Under the pieces are notes generated by a model that was given only the letters and a program-made list of their open reading frames with translations, was not told where the DNA came from and searched no databases. From contig CAXXTH010000017.1 in NCBI GenBank assembly GCA_963668025.2, positions 1,408,001 to 1,472,000 of the forward strand: a stretch of DNA of 64,000 nt. The letters run 5' to 3'. Positions 39,537 through 49,884 of this stretch are shown piece by piece. Positions within the stretch are counted from its first letter, which is position 1. Every line of letters starts with the position of its first letter. The DNA comes from Candidatus Hydrogenedentota bacterium (lineage in GTDB: Bacteria > Hydrogenedentota > Hydrogenedentia > Hydrogenedentales > SLHB01). The position numbers were made by a program, and so were the translations under genes.

Positions 39537-41658
39537 ATGTTTGACGTTATTCGCAAACGGGATGGAAGCGTCGAGAAGTTTCACCCAGAAAAGATCACTT
39601 GGGCCATATTCAAAGCGGCGGCCGCCTGCGGCGGCAATGATTTCGGCCGGGCGGAAGCGCTGAGCACGGAAGTTATTGATATCGCCTTGGGGAAACTGGG
39701 CGATCGCATCCCTGAAGTGGAAGAGATTCAGGATATTGTCGAGAAAGTCCTTATTGAAAACGGCCACGCAAAGACCGCCAAAGCCTACATCCTGTATCGG
39801 GAGAAACGGGCGGGGGCCCGCAATCTGAACGCCCTTATCGGCGCCACGATCAGCATGTTTTCCGATTATCTCGGCGACAAGGATTGGCGGATTAAGGAGA
39901 ATGCGAACACCCAAAAGAGCATTAATGGCCTTAACAATTATGTGCGTGAGTTTTTCACCAAGAATTACTGGCTTCATGAAATCTACCCAGCGGAAGTCCG
40001 GGAGGCCCATGAATCGGGTGATCTGCATATCCACGACCTGGGCTTTTTAGGTGCGTATTGCGCGGGGTGGGATCTGCGCCAGCTTCTTATGGAAGGCTTC
40101 GGAGGCGTTCCGGGCAAAGTCGAGAGCCGCCCGCCGAAACATCTGCGTTCATTTCTGGGCCAGATCACCAACTCGACGTTCACGACCCAAGGCGAGCTGG
40201 CGGGCGCCCAGGCATGGTCGAGCTTTGACACCTATTGCGCGCCGTTCGTACGCTACGATGGCCTGAGTTTCGCGCAAGTGAAGCAATCGCTCCAAGAGTT
40301 CATCTTCAACATCAACGTGCCCACGCGCGTGGGCTTCCAGTGCCCCTTCTCGAATCTGACCTTCGACCTTACGGTGCCATCCACGCTAAAAGACCAGGCC
40401 GTGATCATTGGCGGCAAGCTCATAGATGCGAAATACGGCGACTTCCAGGCAGAGATGAACCTCTTCAATAAAGCCTTTTGCGAGGTCATGATCGAAGGGG
40501 ACGCCAAGGGGCGGGTATTCACATTCCCAATTCCCACCATCAATATCACCAAGGATTTCGATTGGGATTCGCCCGCGGTGGATGCTTTCATGGAGGCCAC
40601 CTGCAAATACGGCATTCCCTATTTCGCCAATTATGTCAACAGCGACCTTTCGCCGGAAGACGCGGTTTCCATGTGCTGCCGGTTGCGCATCGACACTACC
40701 GAGCTGCGCAAACGCGGCGGCGGCTTATTCGGCAGCAACCCCCTCACGGGCAGCGTAGGCGTCGTGACCATTAATCTACCCCGTATCGGCTATCTCTCGA
40801 AATCGAAAGAGGAATTCAAGGCCCGCCTGTGGCGGCTGGTTCAGATCGGCAAGACCTCCCTCGAGATCAAACGCAAGATCGTCGAGCATCAAACGGAGTT
40901 TGGCCTTTATCCTTATTCCTCCCACTATTTGCGCAAAGTGAAAGAGCGCACGGACGAATACTGGCACAACCATTTCAGCACCATCGGCGTTGTCGGCATG
41001 AATGAAGCGCTGGTGAACTTCATGGGCACGGATATCACTAAGCCGGAAGGCCAAGCGTTTGCCCTCGATATCATGAACTACATGCGCGGGCTTCTGGTGG
41101 ATATACAAAGCGAGACGGGCCATGTCTATAATTTGGAAGCCACTCCCGCCGAAGGCACCGCCTACCGCCTGGCCCGCTTGGACAAGTCCAAGTATCCCGA
41201 TCTGCACGCCGCGGGCAACGGCACGCCGTATTACACCAATTCGACGCAACTCCCCGTGGGATACACGCCGGATCTGTTCGAGACGGTGGAGCTCCAAGAC
41301 GCCCTGCAGACATGCTATACCGGCGGCACGGTGCTGCATGCCTATCTGGGAGAAAGCATTGACGACATCACGGTGTGCAAGCGGGTGATCCAGCGGATAT
41401 TCGCAAAATATAAATTGCCTTATCTCAGCATTACGCCTACCTTCAGCATTTGCCAGGAACACGGGTATTTGCGGGGCGAGCAATTCCATTGCCCCCAATG
41501 CGGCGCGGAAGCGGAAGTCTGGTCGCGCGTGACGGGATATTTGCGCCCTGTCGCCAATTACAACGATGGCAAAAAAAGCCGAGTATTTCGATCGGCTGAA
41601 ATTCGATATCCCCGTTATGCCCCCCGAACCGGAGCTGGCGGGAACTGGATTGAACTAA
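39537..41658 (+). CDS. nrdD: Anaerobic (class III) ribonucleoside-triphosphate reductase with ATP cone. The natural C-terminus needs one A fewer in the A7 run at 41571-41577; as sequenced it reads through into nrdG.
   Basis: ATP cone VIRKRDG, motifs HIHDL, SMCCRL, EATPAEG, Zn motif C..HGY..CPQC and glycyl-radical motif SRVTGYLRPV. Confidence 0.93.
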
Positions 41659-42395
41659 TGCAAATCGCGGGACTCGAGAAGTGTTCTTTTGTGGACTGGC
41701 CGGGCATGATGGCCGCAACGGTCTTCACGCCCGGATGCAATTTCGATTGCTTTTACTGCCACAACCACCGGCTGCTATGCGGCGGTCCAAGGGCCTTCCT
41801 CCCCCTGTCTGGGCTGCTGGCATGGCTTGATTCACGCCGTGGCCTCCTCGATGGCGTCGTGATCACCGGTGGCGAGCCCACCCTCCAGCAAGGCCTGGAG
41901 CGGTTTATCGAGCAGGTGCGCGAACGTGGATTTCCGGTGAAACTCGACACCAACGGATCCCGGCCGGAACGTCTCGCCCACCTGCTCGATGAGAATATGC
42001 TCGATTATGTGGCCATGGATGTGAAAGCGCCCCGGGAAAAATATAGCGATGTATGCGGCCTCCGCGTGAACGCCCGGGCTATTGACGCCAGCATTCAATG
42101 TATTATGGAGAAAGCGCCTGCATACGAGTTCCGCACTACGGTCCTGCCTCAATTTTCCGTGGAAGATATCGAGTCCATTTCGCGCCGCATCGCGGGTGCG
42201 AAACATTATTACCTGCAAGCATTCCGCTCGATTGCCCAGCGGGCTGGACGGATGCCTGATCTGCGGCTCGAGCATCCGCCTCACGGAATTCGCATGCTGG
42301 AAGACATGGCCCAGCGCGCCGCCCGCCACGTCCGCCATTGCGCTCTGCGCGGCCTGCCGCAAAATGCGCTCCGCCTGGCAAACAGCACCTCTTGA
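41658..42395 (+). CDS. nrdG: Anaerobic RNR activating enzyme (radical SAM)
   Basis: MQIAGLEKCSFVDWPG start, CNFDCFYC motif, ITGGEPT and KLDTNGS. Confidence 0.93.
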   Translation: MQIAGLEKCSFVDWPGMMAATVFTPGCNFDCFYCHNHRLLCGGPRAFLPLSGLLAWLDSRRGLLDGVVITGGEPTLQQGLERFIEQVRERGFPVKLDTNGSRPERLAHLLDENMLDYVAMDVKAPREKYSDVCGLRVNARAIDASIQCIMEKAPAYEFRTTVLPQFSVEDIESISRRIAGAKHYYLQAFRSIAQRAGRMPDLRLEHPPHGIRMLEDMAQRAARHVRHCALRGLPQNALRLANSTS

Positions 42396-42523
42396 GTGTG
42401 GCGGTTCATATTCCCGCCGCATGGGCGCGGGGTGCGAACCTCTGCTGGCTTCTGTTTTTCATCATGAAAAACGAGGGGCGCGCTCGAAAGCGCGCCCCTG
42501 AATGTTTATCTGGTTGGGCTAAT

Positions 42524-43738
42524 CTATAACTCGGCCTCGATGCCGACAGAGTGTCCATCCGCATCTGTTTTCACCACCAAGATATCTTCGTGATCGGGAT
42601 GGCCTTCAATCTCGAAAGACTGGCTTCCGCCCGCCAGGACATAACCGCCGCTATTCGCCTCGATGACATCCCATGCCACGTCGAAATCCGTGCCGCCGAA
42701 AACTCGTTCCCAGGCCAATTCACCGAGGTTATCGATTTTCATAAGATACATGTCTTCATCGCTGAGCGACTCCGCCCGTCCACCGGCTACGATATAACCG
42801 CCATCATCGAGAGGACGGATCACATGCGCCGCATCGCGCCCGTCACTGCCATATGTCTTCTTCCAGGTGACAGCGCCCGCCGCATCCAGCTTCCACACAA
42901 AGACTTTCGAGTCTTGAGCGGTCAGATCATATTGGCCCGCCAGCACATATCCGCCGTCCGGCGCTACGCGCACATCGTCCAATTCCACCGCGACGTTATC
43001 ATCATACGTTTGCCGCCAAGCTTCCTGTCCGTTGGCGTCCGTTTTCAACAGCACGATGGAGCCATCGAAAGTCCAAGTCTCGGCATTAAACGAAATGGTC
43101 CACCAGCCCAGCAGATACCCGCCATCCGCTGTTTGAATCGCGCGCGCGATATGGCTGCCCTCATCACCGGTGGCCCGCCATTGCTCCACGCCCATCCGGT
43201 TGGTTTTGATCATGGCTGCGTTCGATGAACCGACGAGATCCAGCTCCACACCTACGATAAAGCCGCCATCCTTGGTTTGCTCGACAGTTTGTGCGAGATC
43301 ATGTGTGCCGCCATCGTACGTTTTACGCCAGAGTTCCTGGCCTTTCGGGTCGGTTTTCAGTAGAAACGCATCGCTGGTTTCATCAAAATCTCCACCAAAC
43401 CGGCCAGCTAGAATGTAACCGCCGTCATTGGTTTGGTCTACGGCGTAAGCGGCGTCATTTCGTTCATCCCCGTATTCCGCCATCCATGCTACGTTGCCGT
43501 TGGCGTCAAGTTTCACCAAGGTGGCATTGTCATCTTCTTCCGCCGTGGTTTCAGTGTAACCAGCGATTGCATATCCGCCGTCACATGTTTTCGTGATGGC
43601 TTGGGCGCAATCATCGGCCTCCGTGCCAAAGCCTATGTTTACAAACCATGTATCCAATATTACTGGAGGGCATCCTAGTAAAATAACTACTACAGCCGCC
43701 GCCATTCCCATGGTGATTAAGGTGCGTTTTCGATGCAT
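42524..43738 (-). CDS. Lipoprotein with repeated beta-propeller blades
   Basis: Lipobox LLGCP and about 7 repeats of QTxDGGYxxAG...LxKxDxxGxxxW. Confidence 0.8.
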   Translation of the reverse strand: MHRKRTLITMGMAAAVVVILLGCPPVILDTWFVNIGFGTEADDCAQAITKTCDGGYAIAGYTETTAEEDDNATLVKLDANGNVAWMAEYGDERNDAAYAVDQTNDGGYILAGRFGGDFDETSDAFLLKTDPKGQELWRKTYDGGTHDLAQTVEQTKDGGFIVGVELDLVGSSNAAMIKTNRMGVEQWRATGDEGSHIARAIQTADGGYLLGWWTISFNAETWTFDGSIVLLKTDANGQEAWRQTYDDNVAVELDDVRVAPDGGYVLAGQYDLTAQDSKVFVWKLDAAGAVTWKKTYGSDGRDAAHVIRPLDDGGYIVAGGRAESLSDEDMYLMKIDNLGELAWERVFGGTDFDVAWDVIEANSGGYVLAGGSQSFEIEGHPDHEDILVVKTDADGHSVGIEAEL

Positions 43739-43786
43739 TGCTCATTCTCTCCTTTACTTATCGACTTCATCCAAAAACTTGCGGTT

Positions 43787-44233
43787 CTACCAGCGTGAAG
43801 GGAAATAGCCATTGATGCAGATCACGTAATTCACCGCCAGGAATGGAGGGATAGTGCTTCCGGTGACTTCCTGCGCCGGGGCGGCCACAACGGCGGTTTG
43901 CGGCTCTTCGGAACCGCCATGCACGCTTACGGGCGTGAGGTTCAGCGAAAATGTCTCGCTGCCGCCCGTATCCCCCATGTATCGGTCGGTTAATCCGGGG
44001 TTTGCTGCTTTGCCTTGCGATAGGCCAAGCGAAGCGCCCAAGGGAACACGCGAACGCAGATCCGGCAATGCGAATGTACTCACGCCGTTTCCTCCATACG
44101 TGGTTCCAATGATGGCAAACAATGCTTGATTTTGCGAAATGGGCAGCAGTTGGCCATTGCAAAGCGCATATCCATTCGGTGCATAACTGCCAGCAAAAAG
44201 GGCGATTTCGCCAAGATAAGATTCTGGGCCCAT
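43787..44233 (-). CDS. Phage-tail-collar-domain / microcystin-dependent-protein (Mdp) family protein
   Basis: YLGEIALFAG..APNGYALCNGQLLPI..NQALFAIIGTTYGGNG..TFALPDLR, ending PPFLAVNYVICINGYFP. Confidence 0.88.
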   Translation of the reverse strand: MGPESYLGEIALFAGSYAPNGYALCNGQLLPISQNQALFAIIGTTYGGNGVSTFALPDLRSRVPLGASLGLSQGKAANPGLTDRYMGDTGGSETFSLNLTPVSVHGGSEEPQTAVVAAPAQEVTGSTIPPFLAVNYVICINGYFPSRW

Positions 44234-44289
44234 GATTCTATTTCCTTTCTCTTGTTCTATCGGAAGATAATTCTCGATATGCCATTCCG

Positions 44290-44733
44290 CTATAGTTGCC
44301 GGAGAAGCCGGTTTATCACGATCTGGAAACATCTGATTTCTGGATTGGGCGAAACAACGGAGGTCATGAACAGCTCGAATTCGCCTATCGTGTCATGGGA
44401 GAAGGAATACGTGCTCTGCTCAAGCTCATCTTCCTTGCCACCCTCGAAATATAACGAGAAGCATTCCAGGAGCGGTTTTCCGTCTTTCCCCATGCGAATT
44501 TTCTCTGGCGCTTCCAGGACGGCGGCCAGCTTCAGTTTTCTAGACGCCATACCGGGCTTGCTTACCGTAAACATACTTCCAATGTGGGGCTCGAACATTG
44601 CCTGGGTTAAGTCCTCCACCGCCCATTTCCTCCTTTCCGATACTAAGGCTCCTAACGCGGGCGCGCTCTGCAACATGGCTGTCGCTGCCGTGGCTCCGCA
44701 TATGGTGAGAAATCTCCTTCTACTGAGATTCAA
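44290..44733 (-). CDS. Tat-exported DUF6916-like protein
   Basis: TTG start after AGGAGG, twin-arginine SRRRFL, and motif FSLYF..G...LEQSTYSFSHDTIGEFELFM. Confidence 0.65.
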   Translation of the reverse strand: MNLSRRRFLTICGATAATAMLQSAPALGALVSERRKWAVEDLTQAMFEPHIGSMFTVSKPGMASRKLKLAAVLEAPEKIRMGKDGKPLLECFSLYFEGGKEDELEQSTYSFSHDTIGEFELFMTSVVSPNPEIRCFQIVINRLLRQL

Positions 44734-45130
44734 TGCCGTACCCTCCTTTCGGTTGTGTGCCATGATGGGTGAATGGAACGTCATAATATCACAAATCGTT
44801 GCCATTGGAAAGATGGTTTTGTGTGCCAGGAAATCCGTTGATACAGTGTTTCCCATGCGCAAATGGAAATAAAATACGCGGCAAATTTGTTTATTTTTGT
44901 AACTGTCTAGCCGGTTCTGCAATTTGCACAAAGAAACCCGAACACCGCGATTCCCGCAAACGCATAAATCCAGATAATCCAGCAAAAAAGCGTATATCAG
45001 ACCCTTAATTCCCGCATTCATGGGAATGAAGTTCACACTTTCGAGCATGATGTCTTCAAATTTTGACACCTGCTAGACAGTTACTTATTTTTAATTAATC
45101 ATTTGAAATTAGTGTGTTTACAAAAATAAA

Positions 45131-45156
45131 AAAAGCGGCAGTACACCGCCGCTTTT
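45131..45156. terminator. Rho-independent terminator
   Basis: AAAAGCGGC / GCCGCTTTT stem with a long A-tract, downstream of the gene ending at 45186. Confidence 0.7.
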
Positions 45157-45185
45157 CATGTGGAAATCAAGAAGGACATGATGGA

Positions 45186-47078
45186 TTATTCCGTTTTTAC
45201 CGCCTCCCAATAATCGGCTTGCATACCCTGGACATCGACGCTGGTCCACACATGGATAGAGAAACCGTCTTGTTCAAAGTTTTCTTCGACCGCTAGATTT
45301 GGGCGCAGGAAGGCCTCGATAACGGCGACATCCCACAAAATGCGCGTTGCATCGTTCGGACAGTGTTCATCCCATCGCTTGACCAAGTAATCAGGCACTC
45401 CTCCCTTGCCTTTAAAATGAGCTTCCACATCAGCCTTGGCCCATTTGAAATCGCGAAGGGAACTTGTTGGCATGATATGTAGTTCCGCGCCGCTTTTAAG
45501 GAGGCTGGCGCTCGCATTCAGATCGCCATGGGCGTTGAATTCATTTGGCTGGATTTGTCCATCTATATAGTTGAAGCCTATTACTCGGACCATTATTTTG
45601 TCCTTAATGCTGGGCTCAAGCAGCATCGCGGATGCGATATTGGTGTATGCTCCAAGCACGAATACATGGAGTTTCTGGCCATCCGGAGTCTCTTTTGCCT
45701 TGGCGATAATATCCCGGGCGGCGGGCGAATCCACCGGCGTGGATGGATCAGGCATGGGCGTAAGAGCCCCCTGCGGATGAGCGATCTGGTCTGTCAATCC
45801 CATCAGCGCGAGTATGTCTTCATTCATTTTCTGGCTTTTGCGCATGCCTTCGGCGAAATCGGGTATGCCCCCCCAGCTCATCGAAGACAGCCCCACCACA
45901 CTAAACTCCGGGGCGGACAATGCGCGGAATATAGCGTAGGGATCGTCAAGCTCATTAGCGGTATCCGTGTCGATATACACCAGGGATTTGACTGGCTCAC
46001 TCAGCGCTTGGCGGATGATGGGAAACAGGCAATGGGCTTGCCGGTTCATTCCGAGATCATTGGGGTGGCAGCCATCGACCGTGCCTTCGCCGTCATAACC
46101 GATGAGATCCGTTCCTGGAACCAGGAAAAGGCCCTTGATTCCTTCGTTTTGCAGGTTTTTTACGGCTGCCTCCTGATTGCGGGTGTATTCCGTGGGATGC
46201 GCCTCGGGGCGTATGAGGGATTGGCCGACAAAGATCATGGGCGTATCCGGATGCGCCTTGCGAATGGCATGCACAAGCTGGGTAATGCGCTCTAGATACA
46301 CATCGGGGCCAGCTTGCGTATTCCATGTGCAATCGATCACATACGCCGCCGGATCCAGTTCAGCCAGCGGTTCGCCCACGGGCGGCTCCATCGTGGCCGA
46401 GCCGGAAAATCCTAGGTTAATTACGGGCCGGTCTAGCAATCGCCCGAGTATCGCCGTCCAAGCCATACCTGGCCGGGACGCACATCCGCCTTGGACAATT
46501 GATGTGCCATAGACAACCACCGGTTTACTTTTGCCTTCGGGACGCGGCGCGGGTTTATCCAGATGGGCGTCCTGTGGCGCGCCGATCTCGATGGATTTCA
46601 CGCCGTTATAGAGGGGGAAATACAGCAGGCACTCACGCTGAGGCTTCGCGCCGTCCGGAAAGATGAATGTAACAAGATTAGCATCCACCTGGTGCGGGGC
46701 TCCATTGCCAATGAAACGCCAGGCGCCATCGGCTGCACGGGTGTATAAATCTACACCGCTGACACCAGTGGAGGGCATGTGGGGCATATCGAGCGCTTCC
46801 CGCGTGAGCGACCAGCGGACGCTGATGGAGGCGGCGTCCGTGGTGAAACGGGCGCAGATGCCCGCGCTGTCCTTGCTCAAATCCCACACGTGCGGGTTTA
46901 CTTTATCCTTGGCGCTATCCGGAAGGCGGTCGTAAGGGCCTGCGGTATTGGCCCATCCTCTGCCCTCTATCTCGAACGAACCGGCATCACGCCATTGCAA
47001 CTCCTGCCCCATGGCGAGGCCAGGAAACAAAACAAACAGAACCAACAAGGCTAGTGCAGAGGAATATAAGGCCGTCAT
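45186..47078 (-). CDS. Secreted fusion of an SGNH/GDSL hydrolase (with GxDLY N-domain) and a nucleoside-hydrolase-family domain
   Basis: Signal peptide. SGVDLY, YGTSI, NLGFSG and DGCHP (SGNH), then DTDTANELDD, EFNA..D and LWDVA (IU-NH family). Confidence 0.82.
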   Translation of the reverse strand: MTALYSSALALLVLFVLFPGLAMGQELQWRDAGSFEIEGRGWANTAGPYDRLPDSAKDKVNPHVWDLSKDSAGICARFTTDAASISVRWSLTREALDMPHMPSTGVSGVDLYTRAADGAWRFIGNGAPHQVDANLVTFIFPDGAKPQRECLLYFPLYNGVKSIEIGAPQDAHLDKPAPRPEGKSKPVVVYGTSIVQGGCASRPGMAWTAILGRLLDRPVINLGFSGSATMEPPVGEPLAELDPAAYVIDCTWNTQAGPDVYLERITQLVHAIRKAHPDTPMIFVGQSLIRPEAHPTEYTRNQEAAVKNLQNEGIKGLFLVPGTDLIGYDGEGTVDGCHPNDLGMNRQAHCLFPIIRQALSEPVKSLVYIDTDTANELDDPYAIFRALSAPEFSVVGLSSMSWGGIPDFAEGMRKSQKMNEDILALMGLTDQIAHPQGALTPMPDPSTPVDSPAARDIIAKAKETPDGQKLHVFVLGAYTNIASAMLLEPSIKDKIMVRVIGFNYIDGQIQPNEFNAHGDLNASASLLKSGAELHIMPTSSLRDFKWAKADVEAHFKGKGGVPDYLVKRWDEHCPNDATRILWDVAVIEAFLRPNLAVEENFEQDGFSIHVWTSVDVQGMQADYWEAVKTE

Positions 47079-47177
47079 TTGTTTATCCTTTCGTGTGCGC
47101 CGCTCCGGGAGCGGCGCTAGATCATAAATGCTGTGTTGACTGTAGGGAGGTGGGATGGCGGAAGTCAAATATGCCCG

Positions 47178-49475
47178 CTAGAAGGCCGGCCCCATGGGCG
47201 TATTCTTAAAGGTGGGGGTTGGCGGGTCGGCGGATTTGCGGATCTCCGCGAGCAAGGCCTGGCAGCGTTCGTCCAAATCGGCGCAATGTTCGAGGATTTG
47301 AGCCGCGCGCCCTTGCCGCAATTCCAGCCGCAAGTGGGTGAATTCACGGGCCAGCGGGATGACTTTGAGGCCCAATTCCCGCGCGATTTCTGTTTTGCCC
47401 CGCCCCATTACCCGGCACAGTACGCCATCGCACGCACAGACAGCGGCGGTGGCGGAGATGATGTGCTTTCGAGCGCCGGCAATCGCTGGGGCGCCATAAA
47501 TCAGATCAACCAGCATATCGCGGGCGCGGTCCATTAATTCGAGTTTTGCAATGTCATCGCCCGATAGATCTTGCATGATCCGCTCGACGGCTCCGGTATG
47601 AAGCCCATACGCGCGGGCCAGCTCCATGTTGAACACAAGCTGGTGGCGGTCATCTTCCGCCAAGTGCCAGGCGATGGCGTCACGCCAATACGCACATACA
47701 TGAGGCGTTCCCGCCAAGACCATGCGCGCCTGCCCGGGGAACATTTCGACATGGCGCGACAAGGCCATGGGCGCCCAGGTGCGCGTACGCACGAAATCGG
47801 TCAGGTCATACATCTCGTAATTTTTCATCAATGCAGGCGGAATATCGACGTCCGCCGACACCATGCCCCGGATATCATTGCTGATGACGATGTGGAGGTT
47901 AAAATCCTCTCCGCGCAGACGGTATGAACTGGTGGCCTCCATGCCGTCGGGCATCTGGGGGCTTTCGGAAGAAAGGCGGCTTTTTACAAACCAATGCTTG
48001 GGAAGCGCCGCGGGGCGGGTATGGAGCAGCATAGGCGCCACCGCGACGAAACGCTCCATGGCGTTATCCAATTCCGCCCATAGGTCGGAAAACGCCAAAA
48101 ATGGCCCCGTGAGTGAACGCTCATATGTGCCGCCCATCCAGACGGGTTCATTATGGTAATAGCGGCTGAACCATCCCCGTGCGCCGTTTGCAAAGCCTAG
48201 ATTCACCATGAGGCGCACTTCAGGGCAACTGCTCCATTCTGGCGAGCCAGTGGCATACACATGCGTAGGCGCTTCGACCCAGAGCTGCTGCCCGCCTAAT
48301 AGGTGCACATGCTCGCGCACAATGCGGCCCAAATCCCAGGGCACATGGGAGGATGGATTCGCCAGCCCGGAAACGGAAAAGTGGGGCGCATATAAGGGCA
48401 AGCCTGTGGAAAACTGTGCCAGAATGCACAAGGGGTGTTTTTCATCGGCCTTTTCTAAGATTTGCCGTGCTTGGAGTAATTCCGAAAACTGCTCTTCCGT
48501 GGGCATATTCGAAAACGACCAGCCGAGCACGACATCCGAATCGGCATATGGCTTCACATTCCGGTCGATGAACTCTTGCCAGTCATCCGCATCGCCCTTT
48601 TGAGGGCCCGCGAGATGGAGGACGAGTTTCATCCCATATGTCTTGGCGCAGTGGAGGAGCTCCGCTTTTTCTCCTGCGCTTAACTGGTTCACATTTTCAA
48701 TCGCGACACAATTGTGATGATGCTTGACAATGTCTTCGAGGGTAAGCCCCCAATACTCGGGGAGGGATAACCCCAGCAGTTCCGTGAGGCGGCGCGCGGA
48801 AGCGGCGTCCATGCATACCCCGAGGGGAAGGAATTTATCGAGAATATCGAAATGCTTCGGTTTTGGATGGGCATCGAGCTGGAGGTCCGCTTTGCGCAGC
48901 GCCTCCTCTTCCGCTGGCGTCATCGCGCGAAAACGGATGGATGCAATATCCATGGATTGCGTCGTGCGGGAGGTGGAGCGCAGCCGCACGGTGACGGTAT
49001 CCAGTGTCCCGGGAAATCCGAAATGGGGGATACGGAGCGCCACGGTGCGCCATGCCTGGCTGGGCGGCAGCGCGATAGCCTGGAGCCCAGCCGCGTAGCC
49101 CCACACCACTTCGGGGAAAGCGGTGTCACTGGCGCAACGATAAGTGATTTCGAAAATGGGAAACTTCCGCAAATCAATGGGGAAACGATCGTCTTTCGCG
49201 CCTAGCGACGTGAGAGGCGCCCAAAAGCCTGGGTGATCCGCAGGCAGGATATCTATCCGGCGCACGTCTTCAAACCGGCCCATTAAGCGGACACAGTCCT
49301 CCCGGCGTATACGGCTTGCAGGAATGCTGCTCCACGCTTTATCTGGACATAAATCCTTCGCCGCCCACTGGGCAAGCTCCGCCGGGCCGAAAACAATGGC
49401 TTCTACGCTACCGCGGGCATTGTCTTCCGTGGCATATAGGATTTCTTTTAAATATCCAGCGTATTCGTACAGCAT
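47178..49475 (-). CDS. Hypothetical 765-aa protein, possibly with a glycoside-hydrolase-like TIM barrel core
   Basis: Long ORF with SD AGGAG and no signal peptide. The weak GH-like pattern is inference. Confidence 0.6.
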   Translation of the reverse strand: MLYEYAGYLKEILYATEDNARGSVEAIVFGPAELAQWAAKDLCPDKAWSSIPASRIRREDCVRLMGRFEDVRRIDILPADHPGFWAPLTSLGAKDDRFPIDLRKFPIFEITYRCASDTAFPEVVWGYAAGLQAIALPPSQAWRTVALRIPHFGFPGTLDTVTVRLRSTSRTTQSMDIASIRFRAMTPAEEEALRKADLQLDAHPKPKHFDILDKFLPLGVCMDAASARRLTELLGLSLPEYWGLTLEDIVKHHHNCVAIENVNQLSAGEKAELLHCAKTYGMKLVLHLAGPQKGDADDWQEFIDRNVKPYADSDVVLGWSFSNMPTEEQFSELLQARQILEKADEKHPLCILAQFSTGLPLYAPHFSVSGLANPSSHVPWDLGRIVREHVHLLGGQQLWVEAPTHVYATGSPEWSSCPEVRLMVNLGFANGARGWFSRYYHNEPVWMGGTYERSLTGPFLAFSDLWAELDNAMERFVAVAPMLLHTRPAALPKHWFVKSRLSSESPQMPDGMEATSSYRLRGEDFNLHIVISNDIRGMVSADVDIPPALMKNYEMYDLTDFVRTRTWAPMALSRHVEMFPGQARMVLAGTPHVCAYWRDAIAWHLAEDDRHQLVFNMELARAYGLHTGAVERIMQDLSGDDIAKLELMDRARDMLVDLIYGAPAIAGARKHIISATAAVCACDGVLCRVMGRGKTEIARELGLKVIPLAREFTHLRLELRQGRAAQILEHCADLDERCQALLAEIRKSADPPTPTFKNTPMGPAF

Positions 49476-49884
49476 GCTCTCCTGCTAGAGGCGGCAGCCC
49501 GGCCATAAGCTACTAGGCGGGCTGCGCCCCGCCTTTTTGCGTCCGGCGCATCATCCATTCATCAATGAACACCCCCGCTAGAATCGCGCCGCCAATGACC
49601 ACATATTCCAATTCGCTTGCGATTCCGAGGATATTCACCAAATTGCGCAATACGACGATGAGTGACGCCCCGATCACGACTCCCACGATATTGCCTGAAC
49701 CTCCGCGCAAGCTGCACCCGCCAAGCACGGCCCCCGCGATGGCGTATAGCTCATAAAACCCGCCGAAGTCGCTCGGCCCCATGCTATTCACTTTAAATGC
49801 AATGAGCAGGCCGCCGATGGCGGAGAGCAGCGCACACAATACATAGGCGAGGATTTTAAGCCCATTCGTGGAGATGCCGCTAAA

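Noticed and set aside
39516-42395. Accepting the 959-aa ORF as an evolved NrdD-NrdG fusion
   Set aside because: The conserved NrdD tail and a TAATG stop/start overlap survive in another frame, so the fusion rests on one extra A.
43787-44233. Prophage suggested by the tail-collar gene
   Set aside because: No capsid, terminase, integrase or other tail genes nearby. This family is common outside phages.
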